Shown in pieces: positions 62,596 through 64,000 of a stretch of DNA of 64,000 nucleotides. The notes below the pieces were generated by a model. That model was given only the letters and a program-made list of their open reading frames with translations, was not told the DNA's origin and ran no database searches. The translations under genes were made by a program, and so were the position numbers. This DNA is from Rhodospirillaceae bacterium (GTDB lineage Bacteria; Pseudomonadota; Alphaproteobacteria; GCA-2731375): the NCBI GenBank assembly GCA_018701215.1, contig JABIWH010000044.1:4674-68673 (forward strand). The letters are read 5' to 3'. Position 1 is the first letter of the stretch; each line of letters starts with the position of its first letter.

Positions 62596-63381
62596 ATGGC
62601 GCCCGGCACTAAATCCAAGAACACGAAAGCCAAGAAAATCCGTCTCGATCTCTTGTTGGTGGAGCGCGGCCTGGCGGAAAGCCGCAGCAAGGCGCAGGCC
62701 CTGATCATGGCGGGCAAGGTTCATGGCGCCGACCGCCGTCTGGACAAGGCCGGCCAGGAGCTGGCAGTTGATGCCCAGATTACCGTCAAGGGGCAGGACC
62801 ACCCTTGGGTCTCGCGCGGCGGGGTTAAGCTGGCCCACGGTCTGGCGGAATTCGCCATTGATCCAACGGATCTGCTTTGCCTCGACGTGGGCGCATCGAC
62901 GGGGGGTTTTACCGATGTCTTGCTGCAAAATGGCGCGGCAAAGGTTTATGCGGTCGATGTAGGACATGGCCAATTGGCCTGGTCTCTGCGCAACAACGAA
63001 CATGTCGTGGTCCTGGAACGGACCAACGCCCGCTACCTCACCAGACAAGAGGTGCCCGATGGGATTGACCTGATCGTCTGTGATGCCTCCTTCATTGGCC
63101 TGCGCACGGTGTTGCCGGCAGCCATGGCCCTGGCTGTGCCCGGCGCCCGTTTGATCGCCTTGATCAAACCGCAGTTCGAGGTGGGGCCGGACAAAGTAGG
63201 CAAGGGCGGCGTGGTGCGGGACCCTGAGCTACATGCCAAGGTTCGGGCCGAAATCAGCGCCTGGTTGGACGAGCAAGCGGGCTGGTCCGTGCTGGGCACG
63301 GCGACCAGCCCCATCAAGGGCCCACAGGGCAATATCGAATTCCTGCTTTGTGGACGCCGGGAAGGCGGTGGCGATGGTTGA
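62596..63381 (+). CDS. tlyA: TlyA-family rRNA (cytidine-2'-O)-methyltransferase
   Basis: S4 domain (RLDLLLVERGLAESRSKAQALI) and LDVGASTGGFTDVLLQNGA. Confidence 0.9.
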   Translation: MAPGTKSKNTKAKKIRLDLLLVERGLAESRSKAQALIMAGKVHGADRRLDKAGQELAVDAQITVKGQDHPWVSRGGVKLAHGLAEFAIDPTDLLCLDVGASTGGFTDVLLQNGAAKVYAVDVGHGQLAWSLRNNEHVVVLERTNARYLTRQEVPDGIDLIVCDASFIGLRTVLPAAMALAVPGARLIALIKPQFEVGPDKVGKGGVVRDPELHAKVRAEISAWLDEQAGWSVLGTATSPIKGPQGNIEFLLCGRREGGGDG

Positions 63382-64000
63382 GCTGACCATTGCAAGCCTG
63401 GGCGCCCGTGGTGACGGCATCGCCCATGATGATGCCGGCGTCCTCTATATTCCCTATGGCGCGCCGGGGGACCATGTCGCGGCCACGGTGACGGGAAAGC
63501 GCGGCGATGCGCGTCTGGCCCATCTGGATACGGTGCTGCACGCGGGCCCCGACCGGGTGCAGGCGCCCTGCCACCATTTCGGCAGTTGTGGCGGCTGTGC
63601 CATGCAGCATTTGAATGACCGAGCTTATAGCGACTGGAAGCTGGAAATCCTGCGCCAGGCCCTGGCGCGTCGCGACCTTGGCGGCACCGTGATCCAGGCC
63701 ATGATTACAGTGCCGACCGCCAGCCGCCGCCGGGCGCGGTTTACAGCATTGCGTACCCGAAATGGCCTGCGGTTGGGTTTTAACGAGCCCGGCAGCCACA
63801 ACATCATCAACCTGACGGAATGCCATATCCTGCGCCCCGCCATTGTCGATCTATTGGACCGCTTGCGCGCGCTTTTGACCGACCTTTTGGCCCCGAATAA
63901 ACGCGCCGATGTTCAGGTCACCGAAACCGAAACCGGCCTGGATCTGTGGTTGGCGGCTGATCTGCCCCATAATGCCCAAACCGATATGCGCCTGGCGGAT
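63374..64000 (+). CDS. RumA/TrmA-family RNA (uracil-5)-methyltransferase, N-terminal part; the gene runs off the window end
   Basis: Open frame from ATG 63374, overlapping the tlyA stop. TRAM-like N-terminus and Fe-S motif CHHFGSCGGCAMQH. Not in the ORF track because there is no stop in the window. Confidence 0.8.
   Translation, partial: MVELTIASLGARGDGIAHDDAGVLYIPYGAPGDHVAATVTGKRGDARLAHLDTVLHAGPDRVQAPCHHFGSCGGCAMQHLNDRAYSDWKLEILRQALARRDLGGTVIQAMITVPTASRRRARFTALRTRNGLRLGFNEPGSHNIINLTECHILRPAIVDLLDRLRALLTDLLAPNKRADVQVTETETGLDLWLAADLPHNAQTDMRLAD

Overview
About 64 kb of GC-rich (roughly 60%) chromosome. Protein signatures, the Usg-family gene, CIRCE upstream of groESL and the gene order suggest an alphaproteobacterium, possibly Rhodospirillales-like; that assignment is inference only. 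Most of the window is core housekeeping: guaA'/guaB, rlmE-ppx, leuA, ffh-rpsP-rimM-trmD-rplS-leuCDB, groESL, polA, dacC-holB-metG-tatD, xseB-ispA-dxs-tlyA, plus tRNA-Gln(CUG) and tRNA-Leu(CAA). Catabolic or accessory patches are interspersed: hydantoinase/oxoprolinase A/B divergent from two acyl-CoA dehydrogenase genes; a mixed block after tRNA-Leu (PrpD-family, NIPSNAP, radical-SAM maturase, dienelactone hydrolase, MDR dehydrogenase, hydrolase, MFS, aldehyde:ferredoxin oxidoreductase, GST, flavin reductase); and a NicX-like/ACAD-fold/CoA-ligase operon. I found no CRISPR array, IS element, integrase, prophage or recognisable defence system. The most unusual signals are non-coding. (1) Two paralogous three-hairpin elements with CCUCCUCC loops bracket the MBL-hydrolase gene, and a third orphan terminator hairpin at ~10.7 kb has a CCCCCUCCUCUCC loop; all are candidate cuckoo/CcsR-type sRNAs. 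(2) A ~119-bp repeat at ~92% identity occurs in inverted orientation at 13.1 kb and 43.9 kb, bracketing 30.7 kb. (3) A 266-bp MITE-like palindromic element with 34-bp terminal inverted repeats sits in the hyuA/ACAD divergent promoter region. Among proteins, a membrane (His-rich TM)-[2Fe-2S]-nucleotide cyclase fusion and an orphan SPASM maturase with a SEC-C tail stand out. All functional calls come from motif recognition by eye; no database search was run.
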